Source: Treponemataceae bacterium
GTDB lineage: Bacteria > Spirochaetota > Spirochaetia > Treponematales > Treponemataceae
Direction of reading: 5' to 3'
Assembly (NCBI GenBank): GCA_024680915.1
Contig: JAILBN010000035.1
Location: 8,435 to 72,434, forward strand
DNA: 64,000 nucleotides
The notes below the pieces were generated by a model that did no database searches, was not told the origin of the DNA, and was given only the letters and a program-made list of their open reading frames with translations. This document shows, piece by piece, positions 56,217 through 64,000 of this stretch (its first letter is position 1; the number at the start of each line of letters is the position of its first letter). Position numbers and translations under genes: made by a program.

Positions 56217-57380
56217 CTAGAAATTAAAGGTAAGGTTGATAACAGTAAGATCACTTGAGGTAAACTGATTAACAAGTGATTCAAATTTTACATTTACCTT
56301 CTTACAAGCTTCGTCAAGGTATGAAAGATAATAAAGGCCGAGATCAGTCCCTTCCTGCCCTTCAGGAAGCTCTTTATAGAAGTCTATAAGAGATTTCTTG
56401 CCTGTATCTGCAGATTTCTTCTCCTGGATATTCTCCTTGAATTCCTGGAATTCATCATCCTTATTGTAGAGAGTGATCTGGAGTCTGCCCTGCTTACCTA
56501 TGGACAGAGAGCCTCCTCCAAGCTTCCATGCGATGAAGACAAGCTCATGGTTTCTTTCGAGCTCAGAAATGATTTTCTGACGGATATCAGGATCATATAG
56601 AACCATATCACTCTGCTCTATACCACGATAAAGCTTTCTTGCGACCTTGCGCATATTCGCATTCTCACAGTTCAGGGCAAGCTCCATAACCATGAGAGAT
56701 ATATACTCCGCGATTTTACTTTTATCCATATACTGGGAAAGCAAGGCCCGTATTCCGCTCAGCATCTCGGAAAACCCCGGCTTCTTGAAAAATTTAACGA
56801 TAATATACCAGTTGAAGAGAGACAATTTGTTAAGAAGCTTTTCCGTCATAAGAAGATAAACATTCTTTTCCTCAGCGGAAAGCTGCTCATCATTGACTAT
56901 GGAATCATAAATAGGCTTCAGAATCTCATCCCTTGCTTCGTTGATAATATGCTCGCTATTTATCATTCTAGTACGAAGTACTGCATCAGTTATCTCGGTC
57001 TTTTCGTCCAGAAGCTGGGACGGGTTCGAACGGTTATGCTTATGAACACAGTCTGTCGAAAGAAGCACAGCCTTCACTTCCCTGTCAAACTGCTTATAAA
57101 GGATTGAATAAACTACAAGCTTGGAAAGATCCATTATTTCCTGACGGGAAGAAACGAACTCCGGCATAGAGATCTCAATCTTAGAAACATAGTCCAAGAG
57201 AATAAGGCTCTGCAAAGACAAGGGTGCGAACGAAGAAAAAGAAATACCGCTTTCATCAACGTTATCTGCTAAACGGAATCTGATCAATTTTTTCTTATGA
57301 CTTATAAAATGGGATATACCAGATTCTGTAAGGACAACTCGTAGCGGTAAATCCAGCATAGGCTTTTTTTCTGCTGACAT
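56217..57380 (-). CDS. hypothetical protein with C-terminal GHKL/anti-sigma-kinase-like features
   Basis: 387 aa. MELALNCENAN resembles an N-box and EGTDLGLYYLSYL resembles a G2-box. I see no clear G1 (DxGxG) box. The assignment is tentative. Confidence 0.55.
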   Translation of the reverse strand: MSAEKKPMLDLPLRVVLTESGISHFISHKKKLIRFRLADNVDESGISFSSFAPLSLQSLILLDYVSKIEISMPEFVSSRQEIMDLSKLVVYSILYKQFDREVKAVLLSTDCVHKHNRSNPSQLLDEKTEITDAVLRTRMINSEHIINEARDEILKPIYDSIVNDEQLSAEEKNVYLLMTEKLLNKLSLFNWYIIVKFFKKPGFSEMLSGIRALLSQYMDKSKIAEYISLMVMELALNCENANMRKVARKLYRGIEQSDMVLYDPDIRQKIISELERNHELVFIAWKLGGGSLSIGKQGRLQITLYNKDDEFQEFKENIQEKKSADTGKKSLIDFYKELPEGQEGTDLGLYYLSYLDEACKKVNVKFESLVNQFTSSDLTVINLTFNF

Positions 57381-57609
57381 GTCAAAAAAACTCCATCACA
57401 AACTTATTTAATTTTTTTTATAATGGTAAATAGCTTTAATTTTATTATAAATATAATTACAAAAAAATCAATAATGTCGTTTAAAGAAAGATAAAATAAC
57501 GAAAAAATGATATAAAAAGGCTGTAAAGAAGCAAAGATCAATAAAACAGAAAAAAAACACTATCTCACATTCTTTACTTCGATAAAAATTTATAGTATTA
57601 TAAGCCAAT

Positions 57610-58236
57610 ATGACAAGACAAAAAATACCCGCAGCACCTTCAATACGAAGACTTCCTTCTTATCTGCACCTTATACGACAAGCAGAAGCTGAAGACTGTG
57701 AATTTATTTCAGGAACATTAATTGCAAAAGAACTTCACTTGGAACCTATTCAGGTCCGAAAAGATTTGGCCATCACCGGAATAGTAGGAAAACCCAAACG
57801 AGGATATCCCGTAAAGCCTTTAATAGCCGCAATTGAGCATTTCCTTGACTGGGATAATAAAAAAAACGCAGTCATAATAGGAGCAGGAAACCTTGCGACT
57901 GCTCTTACCGGATACCAGGAATTCAAAACCCACGGTCTGAACTTCGTGGCTGCCTTCGATACCTCATCAGAGAAAATGGGGAAAAACATACACGGGGTAT
58001 CAATATATCCTCTGGATGAACTGACGGTTCGTACCAAGGAACTAGGTGCAACGATAGCAGTGTTGACGGTCCCATCGACTTTCGCCCAGGAATGTGCAGA
58101 CAGGATTGTGGAAGCCGGGATTAAGGCTATATGGAATTTCACCAACAGAAAGCTAAATCTACCGGATGATGTTGTCTGCCAAAGGGAAGACCTTACGTCA
58201 GGCTATGCTATGCTCTGCGTCATGATGGGGGAATAA
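57610..58236 (+). CDS. rex: redox-sensing transcriptional repressor Rex
   Basis: N-terminal winged helix RRLPSYLHLIRQ...ISGTLIAKEL and a Rossmann motif AVIIGAGNLATAL. Confidence 0.9.
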   Translation: MTRQKIPAAPSIRRLPSYLHLIRQAEAEDCEFISGTLIAKELHLEPIQVRKDLAITGIVGKPKRGYPVKPLIAAIEHFLDWDNKKNAVIIGAGNLATALTGYQEFKTHGLNFVAAFDTSSEKMGKNIHGVSIYPLDELTVRTKELGATIAVLTVPSTFAQECADRIVEAGIKAIWNFTNRKLNLPDDVVCQREDLTSGYAMLCVMMGE

Positions 58237-58248
58237 GAGACAAGCATC

Positions 58249-59346
58249 ATGTCCGAAGCCAATGTCCCCAAGATACAAAGCAAGACCGAATACCAGGCAG
58301 AACTTCTGGCCAACAGACTTTCGAAAAGATACAAGCATCTTAGGAAATGGGCCTCACGTACAGGAGTGCTATGCTACAGACTCTATGACAAGGACATCCC
58401 CGAGATTCCCCTGGCCATTGATATTTATGAGGAAGAGACAACTGCTGAAGGTGAGAAAGGCAGGACTTATGCCCGCATAGCCCTTTACGAGCGTCCCTAT
58501 GAGAAGCTGGAGTCGGAAGAGCAAGAATGGCTTCATGCTATGGAAATAACGGTCGAAAAGGTGCTTGGCCTTCAGGAGAAGTCCATAATAACAAAAGTCA
58601 GGAAAAGGCAAAGCGGAGACAGCCAATACGAGAAAAGAAACGGGAATACCATATCATTCATAACTGAAGAGCAGGGCTTGCGTTTCCGTATAAACCTAAG
58701 CGATTACATAGACACAGGTCTTTTCTTTGATCACCGGCCCCTGAGGCTTTCTGTAAGAGAAGAGGCACAAGACAAGCGCATATTGAATCTGTTCTGTTAC
58801 ACGGGAGCTTTTTCAGTCTATGCCGCCGCCGGCAATGCGGCTCAAGTAGATTCGGTGGACTTGTCAGGAAAATACCTTGCCTGGGCGGAAGAGAATATGA
58901 GTCTAAACGGCTTCACCGACAAGAGTAGATACCGCTTCATAGAAAGTGATGTAAGCAGCTTTTTGAGGAAAGCGGCGGCGGCAGTCCCTAAAACAGGGAA
59001 AAAAGCAGGCTATGATATAATAATTCTGGACCCACCCACATTCTCCAACTCAAAAAAGACGGATACTATGCTGGATATCAACAGAGACTGGCCCTATCTT
59101 ATAAAGCTTTGCACAGATCTCCTTTCAGAAAAAGGGATACTTTATTTCTCGACGAATTCCCGTAAGCTTTCTTTTGATGAGAAAAAAATACCCCAGGGTT
59201 TTTCAGCGAAGGATATAAGCAGATCTACTATTCCGGAGGATTTCAGGAACGAAAAAATCCACAAGGTTTGGAAGATTGAAGCTTCCCCCCTTTCAATCAC
59301 TCGACATTGCGAGCTTGTTCACGGATATTTTCCAGAGCATCCTTAG
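58249..59346 (+). CDS. class I SAM-dependent RNA methyltransferase (RlmI/RlmK-like)
   Basis: ILNLFCYTGAFSVYAA (SAM motif I) and IILDPPTFSNSKK (motif IV, DPP). The 3' end overlaps the convergent yicC by 50 nt. Confidence 0.75.
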   Translation: MSEANVPKIQSKTEYQAELLANRLSKRYKHLRKWASRTGVLCYRLYDKDIPEIPLAIDIYEEETTAEGEKGRTYARIALYERPYEKLESEEQEWLHAMEITVEKVLGLQEKSIITKVRKRQSGDSQYEKRNGNTISFITEEQGLRFRINLSDYIDTGLFFDHRPLRLSVREEAQDKRILNLFCYTGAFSVYAAAGNAAQVDSVDLSGKYLAWAEENMSLNGFTDKSRYRFIESDVSSFLRKAAAAVPKTGKKAGYDIIILDPPTFSNSKKTDTMLDINRDWPYLIKLCTDLLSEKGILYFSTNSRKLSFDEKKIPQGFSAKDISRSTIPEDFRNEKIHKVWKIEASPLSITRHCELVHGYFPEHP

Positions 59347-60166
59347 CGGCGATCACAGCCCGCCCTACCTCCACGAACTGATTCTTAGAACCTATCGTAT
59401 TGATTTCTCTGTTCAATTCCTGACAAATGAAATCTATTTTTTTACCAGGAGCCGGATTGCTCTCCATCTCGATCTTAAGAGCATCTATATGGCTCTGCAA
59501 GCGGACGACTTCCTCATTTATCGTATATTTTACAAGCAGGGCTGCTGTCTCGGCCATAACCCGCTGCTCATCCACATCATCCCCAAGGACTTCCTTGAAT
59601 CTCTTAAGGACATTCTCCCTGAAAAGATTTTCCATCTGAGGAATCCATTCTCTGAACAGAGTCTCTGCTTCTTCTATTTTTGCCAGCTTCTCCAGAAGAT
59701 CTTTTTTTAGATTGGCACCTTCCCTGTCCCTGTCGGCCGTGAAATCCACCAGAGCCTCGGTAAAAACAGGCTCGATCATTGCCCAATAACGTTCCGGATC
59801 ATTATCCTTCTGAACAGAAAGCACACCATCCTGGGAAACGATAAGCTGTATAGGTATGTTTTCATCATCCAGTCCGCAGGAGTGGGCTATGGTCTGAATA
59901 GCTTCGAAATAAGCCCTGGCTGCATTCTCATCGGCTTCCACAGTCACAGAGGATTTTTTCTCCCTGACCCGTATGGAAAGATCCACTTTTCCCCTCAGAA
60001 TGGAAGCGCTGCATTTTTCCCGGATCCTGTTCTCCAAACGTCCCAGAAAAGACGGTATATTGATGGAAAGATCCAAAAATCTGGAATTCCAGGATTTTAT
60101 CTCGACTGAAATACTTACATCTTCATCAATCTTTTCTTTATAGGCATAGCCTGTCATACTTCTCAT
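59297..60166 (-). CDS. yicC: YicC/YloC family endoribonuclease
   Basis: MRSMTGYA... is the typical N-terminus, and the C-terminal EINTIGSK is a conserved YicC motif. Confidence 0.88.
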   Translation of the reverse strand: MRSMTGYAYKEKIDEDVSISVEIKSWNSRFLDLSINIPSFLGRLENRIREKCSASILRGKVDLSIRVREKKSSVTVEADENAARAYFEAIQTIAHSCGLDDENIPIQLIVSQDGVLSVQKDNDPERYWAMIEPVFTEALVDFTADRDREGANLKKDLLEKLAKIEEAETLFREWIPQMENLFRENVLKRFKEVLGDDVDEQRVMAETAALLVKYTINEEVVRLQSHIDALKIEMESNPAPGKKIDFICQELNREINTIGSKNQFVEVGRAVIAAKDALENIREQARNVE

Positions 60167-61656
60167 TTCTCATTCCTCCCGCAAAGCTTATCAAACACCG
60201 ATTTTCCCAGCTTCCAGTTATCGCCAGCCCCCATAGTAATGAAAAGGTAGCCTTTTTTACCTTCGGGCAGAGGCTTGGAAAGACGATCCAGGACATAGGA
60301 CTCGGCCTCCATGACTTCCTCAAAATACTGCACGTTCTTATGATTGGCACTAGTTCTGGCAAAAAGGATTTTTCCATTTACACCACCAGAATACACCTCC
60401 CTGGCAGAAGGATATATCTTATGCAGGATGACTTCATCAGCATCTGCGAAGGAAGTGGCGAAATCCTCCAGAAGGGCGGCTGTCCGGGTGTATGTATGAG
60501 ACATGAAATCAACGATTATCAGTCTGTCCGGATAAAAAGAGCGGAAACCTTTTATGGTCGTCTTTACAGCTGTAGGATGATGACCGTAGTCATCCACAAA
60601 AATACAGTCTCCCGCCTGGCCTATTATTTCACTGCGACGCTTTGCACCTTCGAAAGAAAGCAGAGCATCTTTTATTTTGTTTATATCTTCATCTGCCACA
60701 GAAGCAGCAGAGCCTCTTTCTGTCTTAATCAACTCTATGGCAAGAGCAATGGCCGCCGCCGCATCAAGAACCTCATGATGCCCCGGAATACGAACAGCAA
60801 ACTCCATATCATACCCGGAGAGGGAGAAAAACTGTTTTCCATCCTCTATTTTTCCGAATACTATGCCATAATCACCAGGAGCATATTCACCATAGGGGAT
60901 AAAATTTATATCAGGTCTTTGAAGGCGGGCATTCTCCACCGCCTCGCAGGCTCCCTTGTCATCCGCGCAATAAATGAGACTTCCTTTTTCAGGGAGAAGG
61001 CAGATATAATCGACGAAAGCCTCCAGAATATCAGCATAAGTAGGATAATAATCCTCATGATCACTTTCTACACTGGTAAGAACTATTTTCTGCGGGTGGA
61101 AGGACATAAAATGACGCTGATATTCACAGGTCTCTGCGACAAAATATTTATTTCCGGCTGTAAGAGTACAAGAGTTTCCGAAGGATTTTACAGAGCTTCC
61201 AGCCAGAATCTGAGCAGGTAACCCCAATCCGCTTATAATTGTACCGGACATCCCCGTGACTGTGGTTTTCCCATGAACACCACATATACCGCAACTATAG
61301 GAGGCAGCGGAAACTGCTCCAAGAGCCTCCGTGTACAGGACGCACTTTATGTTTTTTTTGCAGGCTTCTATCAGATCAGGATTTACATCAAGTTTGTAGG
61401 CTGAGGAATAGACAACAATATCGGGCAAAGGCTTTCCGCCTCCCCCGATATTATTCTTAGAAAATGGAAGAGCCTTTATTCCAAGCCTTTCCAGTATTTC
61501 ATCGGTATAGAAACGCTCCTCTACATCGCTGCCGGTTATAAGAGCACCTCTGGCCGCACAAATCTCAACGAGAGCAGCCATGCCGGTACCCTTGATTCCG
61601 ACGAAATGCATACGGAACCCGTCCATCTTTTCTGGTAATAAAAACGAATCAGACAT
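60163..61656 (-). CDS. murC: UDP-N-acetylmuramate--L-alanine ligase (Mur ligase family)
   Basis: HFVGIKGTGMAALVEI...GSD (Rossmann-like N-domain), the P-loop GVHGKTTVT and the Mur ligase C-domain. Without a search I cannot exclude an Mpl-type ligase. Confidence 0.75.
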   Translation of the reverse strand: MSDSFLLPEKMDGFRMHFVGIKGTGMAALVEICAARGALITGSDVEERFYTDEILERLGIKALPFSKNNIGGGGKPLPDIVVYSSAYKLDVNPDLIEACKKNIKCVLYTEALGAVSAASYSCGICGVHGKTTVTGMSGTIISGLGLPAQILAGSSVKSFGNSCTLTAGNKYFVAETCEYQRHFMSFHPQKIVLTSVESDHEDYYPTYADILEAFVDYICLLPEKGSLIYCADDKGACEAVENARLQRPDINFIPYGEYAPGDYGIVFGKIEDGKQFFSLSGYDMEFAVRIPGHHEVLDAAAAIALAIELIKTERGSAASVADEDINKIKDALLSFEGAKRRSEIIGQAGDCIFVDDYGHHPTAVKTTIKGFRSFYPDRLIIVDFMSHTYTRTAALLEDFATSFADADEVILHKIYPSAREVYSGGVNGKILFARTSANHKNVQYFEEVMEAESYVLDRLSKPLPEGKKGYLFITMGAGDNWKLGKSVFDKLCGRNEK

Positions 61657-61699
61657 GATTGAATATAATACAGAAAAGATGAACTATTTACAACAATAT

Positions 61700-62698
61700 T
61701 TACTTACGAATCTCGTTCTGATATTCAAGTCTCTTTGCGCTGTCGATCTCAGCGATAATATCAGCAAGAGCTCTTGAAGCATCGGAAGACTTATAAATAT
61801 CATAAACTTCCTGCATAAGGTCCCGTGCTCCTTCAAGGTCTCCCATGGCCTCAAGCAGGATAGCTGCATTGTAGCCCGCTTCCATGTAGCCTAAGCGCAC
61901 ATAAATATCTTCGAACAAGGTTTCCGCATACTCTATCTCACCAGATTTAACGACCTCATCAGCATACTTCATATCAGGATCCTTGTTAGGATCACTAAGA
62001 AGAGTCAATGTTTTCTGTATGGTATAAGGCTGAATCTGTCTCAAAATGGTGTCGGCTATCTTTTCAAAATCTGATCTTGCCAGAGAATAAGCAGATTCTA
62101 CGGAACTCTTGGCCTCAACCTCGTAAGACTCAAGCTCAATAGGAACAGTCTTGAGAGAAACAACCCTGTTAGTCATGGCATCTATAACCTGATACATAAC
62201 CTCAGCATTGAGGACTCTGTAATAGTATGTGACATTTCTGTTCACACCATTCACCTTCCGGGTACGGACTTTACTCTTGATAGAGGTCTCAAAGCTTGAG
62301 ATCACACCAGTAAGATAAACGTCACAAGGAGCCCTGAGTCCAGAAGCCACAGCATTCTGGACAGCCCTGGAGTCTACGAGCTCCAGATACTGGGAGCTGG
62401 TAAGGTTCTCCTGAAGCTTTCTTGAGAGAAGATCCGCAAGCTGCTGACGGTCCTCGTCATCCTGATCATAGAACAAATCACGGAGACCAAAAAAGTCCAT
62501 AAGAACGATTATTGAATCTCTTGAACCACCTGTAGATGAAGAAGGCTTTGCCTGGAAAGGAAGCATTCCCACAGATTTTGCACCATTCAGGTCAAGCTCT
62601 GCCGGTCTTTCAATTTCAACAGTAACTGTTGTAGCACAACTAGTAAGTGCAACAACAAATAACAAAAGGGCGAGCAAAAGCAAAATACTCTTTTTCAT
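61700..62698 (-). CDS. lipoprotein of unknown function (C-terminal TPR-like helices)
   Basis: MKKSILLLLALLLFVVALTSC contains a lipobox. I prefer the ATG at 62698. Confidence 0.65.
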   Translation of the reverse strand: MKKSILLLLALLLFVVALTSCATTVTVEIERPAELDLNGAKSVGMLPFQAKPSSSTGGSRDSIIVLMDFFGLRDLFYDQDDEDRQQLADLLSRKLQENLTSSQYLELVDSRAVQNAVASGLRAPCDVYLTGVISSFETSIKSKVRTRKVNGVNRNVTYYYRVLNAEVMYQVIDAMTNRVVSLKTVPIELESYEVEAKSSVESAYSLARSDFEKIADTILRQIQPYTIQKTLTLLSDPNKDPDMKYADEVVKSGEIEYAETLFEDIYVRLGYMEAGYNAAILLEAMGDLEGARDLMQEVYDIYKSSDASRALADIIAEIDSAKRLEYQNEIRK

Positions 62699-62866
62699 AA
62701 AAATTACCACCTTATTAAACTTTGCAAATAATAAGAAAATCCTTTAGATTCTAACACATAGATAAGCAAGAATCAATATATCCCTGTTTTTCCCCTCTTT
62801 TTTGGACCCTATGTCATAAGAGGAAGAAAACTGCTTCTGTTGTTGATTTTTCATCATCGTTATATA

Positions 62867-64000
62867 ATGACGAATATGGTAAATAACAGTGTTTCAAAAA
62901 CTCTTTCGGACTGGCTTGATTCATATTTGAATTTTGAGCGGCTGCCCAAGAAAAACATTTTCTGGCTGGACACCATCGAGTTTCTTTGTAAAAGGCTCAA
63001 CAACCCCCAGAACGAGTATAAATCAATTCATATAGCAGGATCAAAAGGAAAGGGCTCCGTCTCTGCTCTCATATCATCAATTCTGAAGGAAAATGGACTT
63101 TCCTGCGGTCTATATACATCCCCCCACATACTGGAGCTTATAGAAAGGATTACAGAAGCCGGCAGCTTCTTTCCTGAATCTGTGTATGAGGCGGCCTTCA
63201 GGGAGATGGTACCCCGCATCGAATCGATAATCCCGGAACAGCTCCCCAACGAAAGGGAAATCACCTGGTTCGAATTGATGACGCTGTACAGCTTTCTATG
63301 CTTCAAGCATGCAGGATGCAGCTGGGCCGTATTCGAGACAGGAATGGGAGGCAGGCTGGATGCCACCAACGTGATAAAACCGGAACTCTGTCTTATCACA
63401 CCGATAGAACTGGAGCATACGGAATACCTGGGCAATACAATCCCTCTGATCGCAGGAGAGAAGGCAGGAATTATAAAACAAGGAATACCAGTATTCCTAT
63501 CCCATCAGAAAGAAGAAGCTCTTGAAGTCTTCAAGAAAAAGGCGGAAGAGAAGGAAGCCCAGCTGTATTACTACGATGACCTGATAAAGACCGTGGACTA
63601 CAAGCTTCCTGATTTATCAAATACAAAAGACTGCAAGATGCATGTAAGGATAGAGACGGCCGGGTTATTCTCAAGACCTCTTGATACCGACCTTCATCTT
63701 ATAGGAAAAGTCCAGGGGGAGAATGCTGCTCTTGCGGCTGCCGCTGTAAAACACCTGCTGCCGGATATAGAAGAGACTGTAATAGAAAGAGGTCTCTCAA
63801 AAGCCAGGCTTCCAGGTAGATTCGAGATAAGAGACAATCCTTTCGGTTCAAAGAAAATGATCCTTGACGGAGCTCACACAGAGAACAGCATGAAAGGCAC
63901 TGTAGATTCCTTCAGCAGGATTTTCAAGGACAAGGCCCATCTTCTTTTTGCCTGCGCCAGCGACAAGGATTTTCACCTGCTGCTGAAGACTTTGTTCAAT
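62867..64000 (+). CDS. folC: folylpolyglutamate synthase / dihydrofolate synthase, 3' end cut by window
   Basis: Absent from the ORF track because it is open at the window end. My translation is MTNMVNNSVSKTLSDWLDSYLNFE...IHIAGSKGKGSVSA...FETGMGGRLDATNV...EHTEYLGNTIPLIAGEKAGIIK. The start is either 62867 or 62876. Confidence 0.85.
   Translation, partial: MTNMVNNSVSKTLSDWLDSYLNFERLPKKNIFWLDTIEFLCKRLNNPQNEYKSIHIAGSKGKGSVSALISSILKENGLSCGLYTSPHILELIERITEAGSFFPESVYEAAFREMVPRIESIIPEQLPNEREITWFELMTLYSFLCFKHAGCSWAVFETGMGGRLDATNVIKPELCLITPIELEHTEYLGNTIPLIAGEKAGIIKQGIPVFLSHQKEEALEVFKKKAEEKEAQLYYYDDLIKTVDYKLPDLSNTKDCKMHVRIETAGLFSRPLDTDLHLIGKVQGENAALAAAAVKHLLPDIEETVIERGLSKARLPGRFEIRDNPFGSKKMILDGAHTENSMKGTVDSFSRIFKDKAHLLFACASDKDFHLLLKTLFN

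Noticed and set aside
56980-57330. A PilZ-like motif in the N-terminus of the 387-aa protein (RFRLADNVDESGISF).
   Set aside because: The spacing does not fit the RxxxR...(D/N)xSxxG signature, because G is not at +5. This is not supportable by eye.
57381-57609. A Rex operator (TTGTGAA-N6-TTCACAA-like) in the rex upstream region.
   Set aside because: No convincing inverted repeat of that type is visible. The only partial match is a lone TCACAAA near 57397.
1-64000. A search for CRISPR arrays, IS elements, integrases, prophage genes, reverse transcriptases and known defence-system genes.
   Set aside because: I recognised none. Apart from the 15-nt unit at 12281-12340, the only repeats are short promoter or operator-scale motifs. 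The tRNA-Lys and ssrA loci show no flanking integrase or duplicated attachment sequence.

Overview
This 64-kb window is a chromosomal segment from a spirochaete, most likely a Treponema-like organism. Three observations support that: the periplasmic-flagellum module flbB-fliK-flgD-flgE, a FlgE carrying Lys165 and Cys178, and a tmRNA tag ADEDDNSYDYALAA with the treponemal -DYALAA ending.

I count about 60 protein genes, one tRNA-Lys(UUU) and the tmRNA. Gene content is mostly core metabolism and envelope:
- Transport: a branched-chain amino-acid ABC transporter (5 genes), two tandem MATE exporters and a Na/Pi cotransporter.
- Sulfur amino-acid operon: metY-cysK-rrf2.
- An SDR plus radical-SAM/SPASM gene pair.
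- Cell-wall and shape genes: bactofilin, an M23 peptidase, PBP1A and murC.
- Housekeeping genes: mtaB, deoC, rnhB, trpS, tpiA, trmB, rex, yicC and folC (cut by the window end).
- One MCP.
- Several spirochaete-type secreted, lipoprotein and beta-barrel-like proteins of unknown function.

I saw no transposase, integrase, reverse transcriptase, CRISPR array or recognisable defence gene, and I cannot point to a clear-cut novel multi-gene system.

The strongest unexplained signals are at RNA or regulatory level:
1. A well-SD'd 54-codon uORF upstream of metY. Its three consecutive Cys codons lie between two perfect 8-nt anti-Shine-Dalgarno boxes, one against its own SD and one against the metY SD.
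2. A sigma-28-like promoter motif followed by a hairpin with a CCCCUCCCACCC loop and an intrinsic terminator, upstream of the MCP gene. This is either a candidate sRNA or an attenuating leader.

Secondary candidates:
- A membrane-anchored truncated ParB/Srx protein.
- The SDR/radical-SAM cassette, which has no visible peptide substrate.
- An operon of three unknown envelope proteins between a PRTase gene and rnhB.
- A 941-aa HExxH / PD40-like / beta-barrel-like protein directly upstream of the hook genes.

All functional calls come from motif recognition by eye. No database search or folding program was run.
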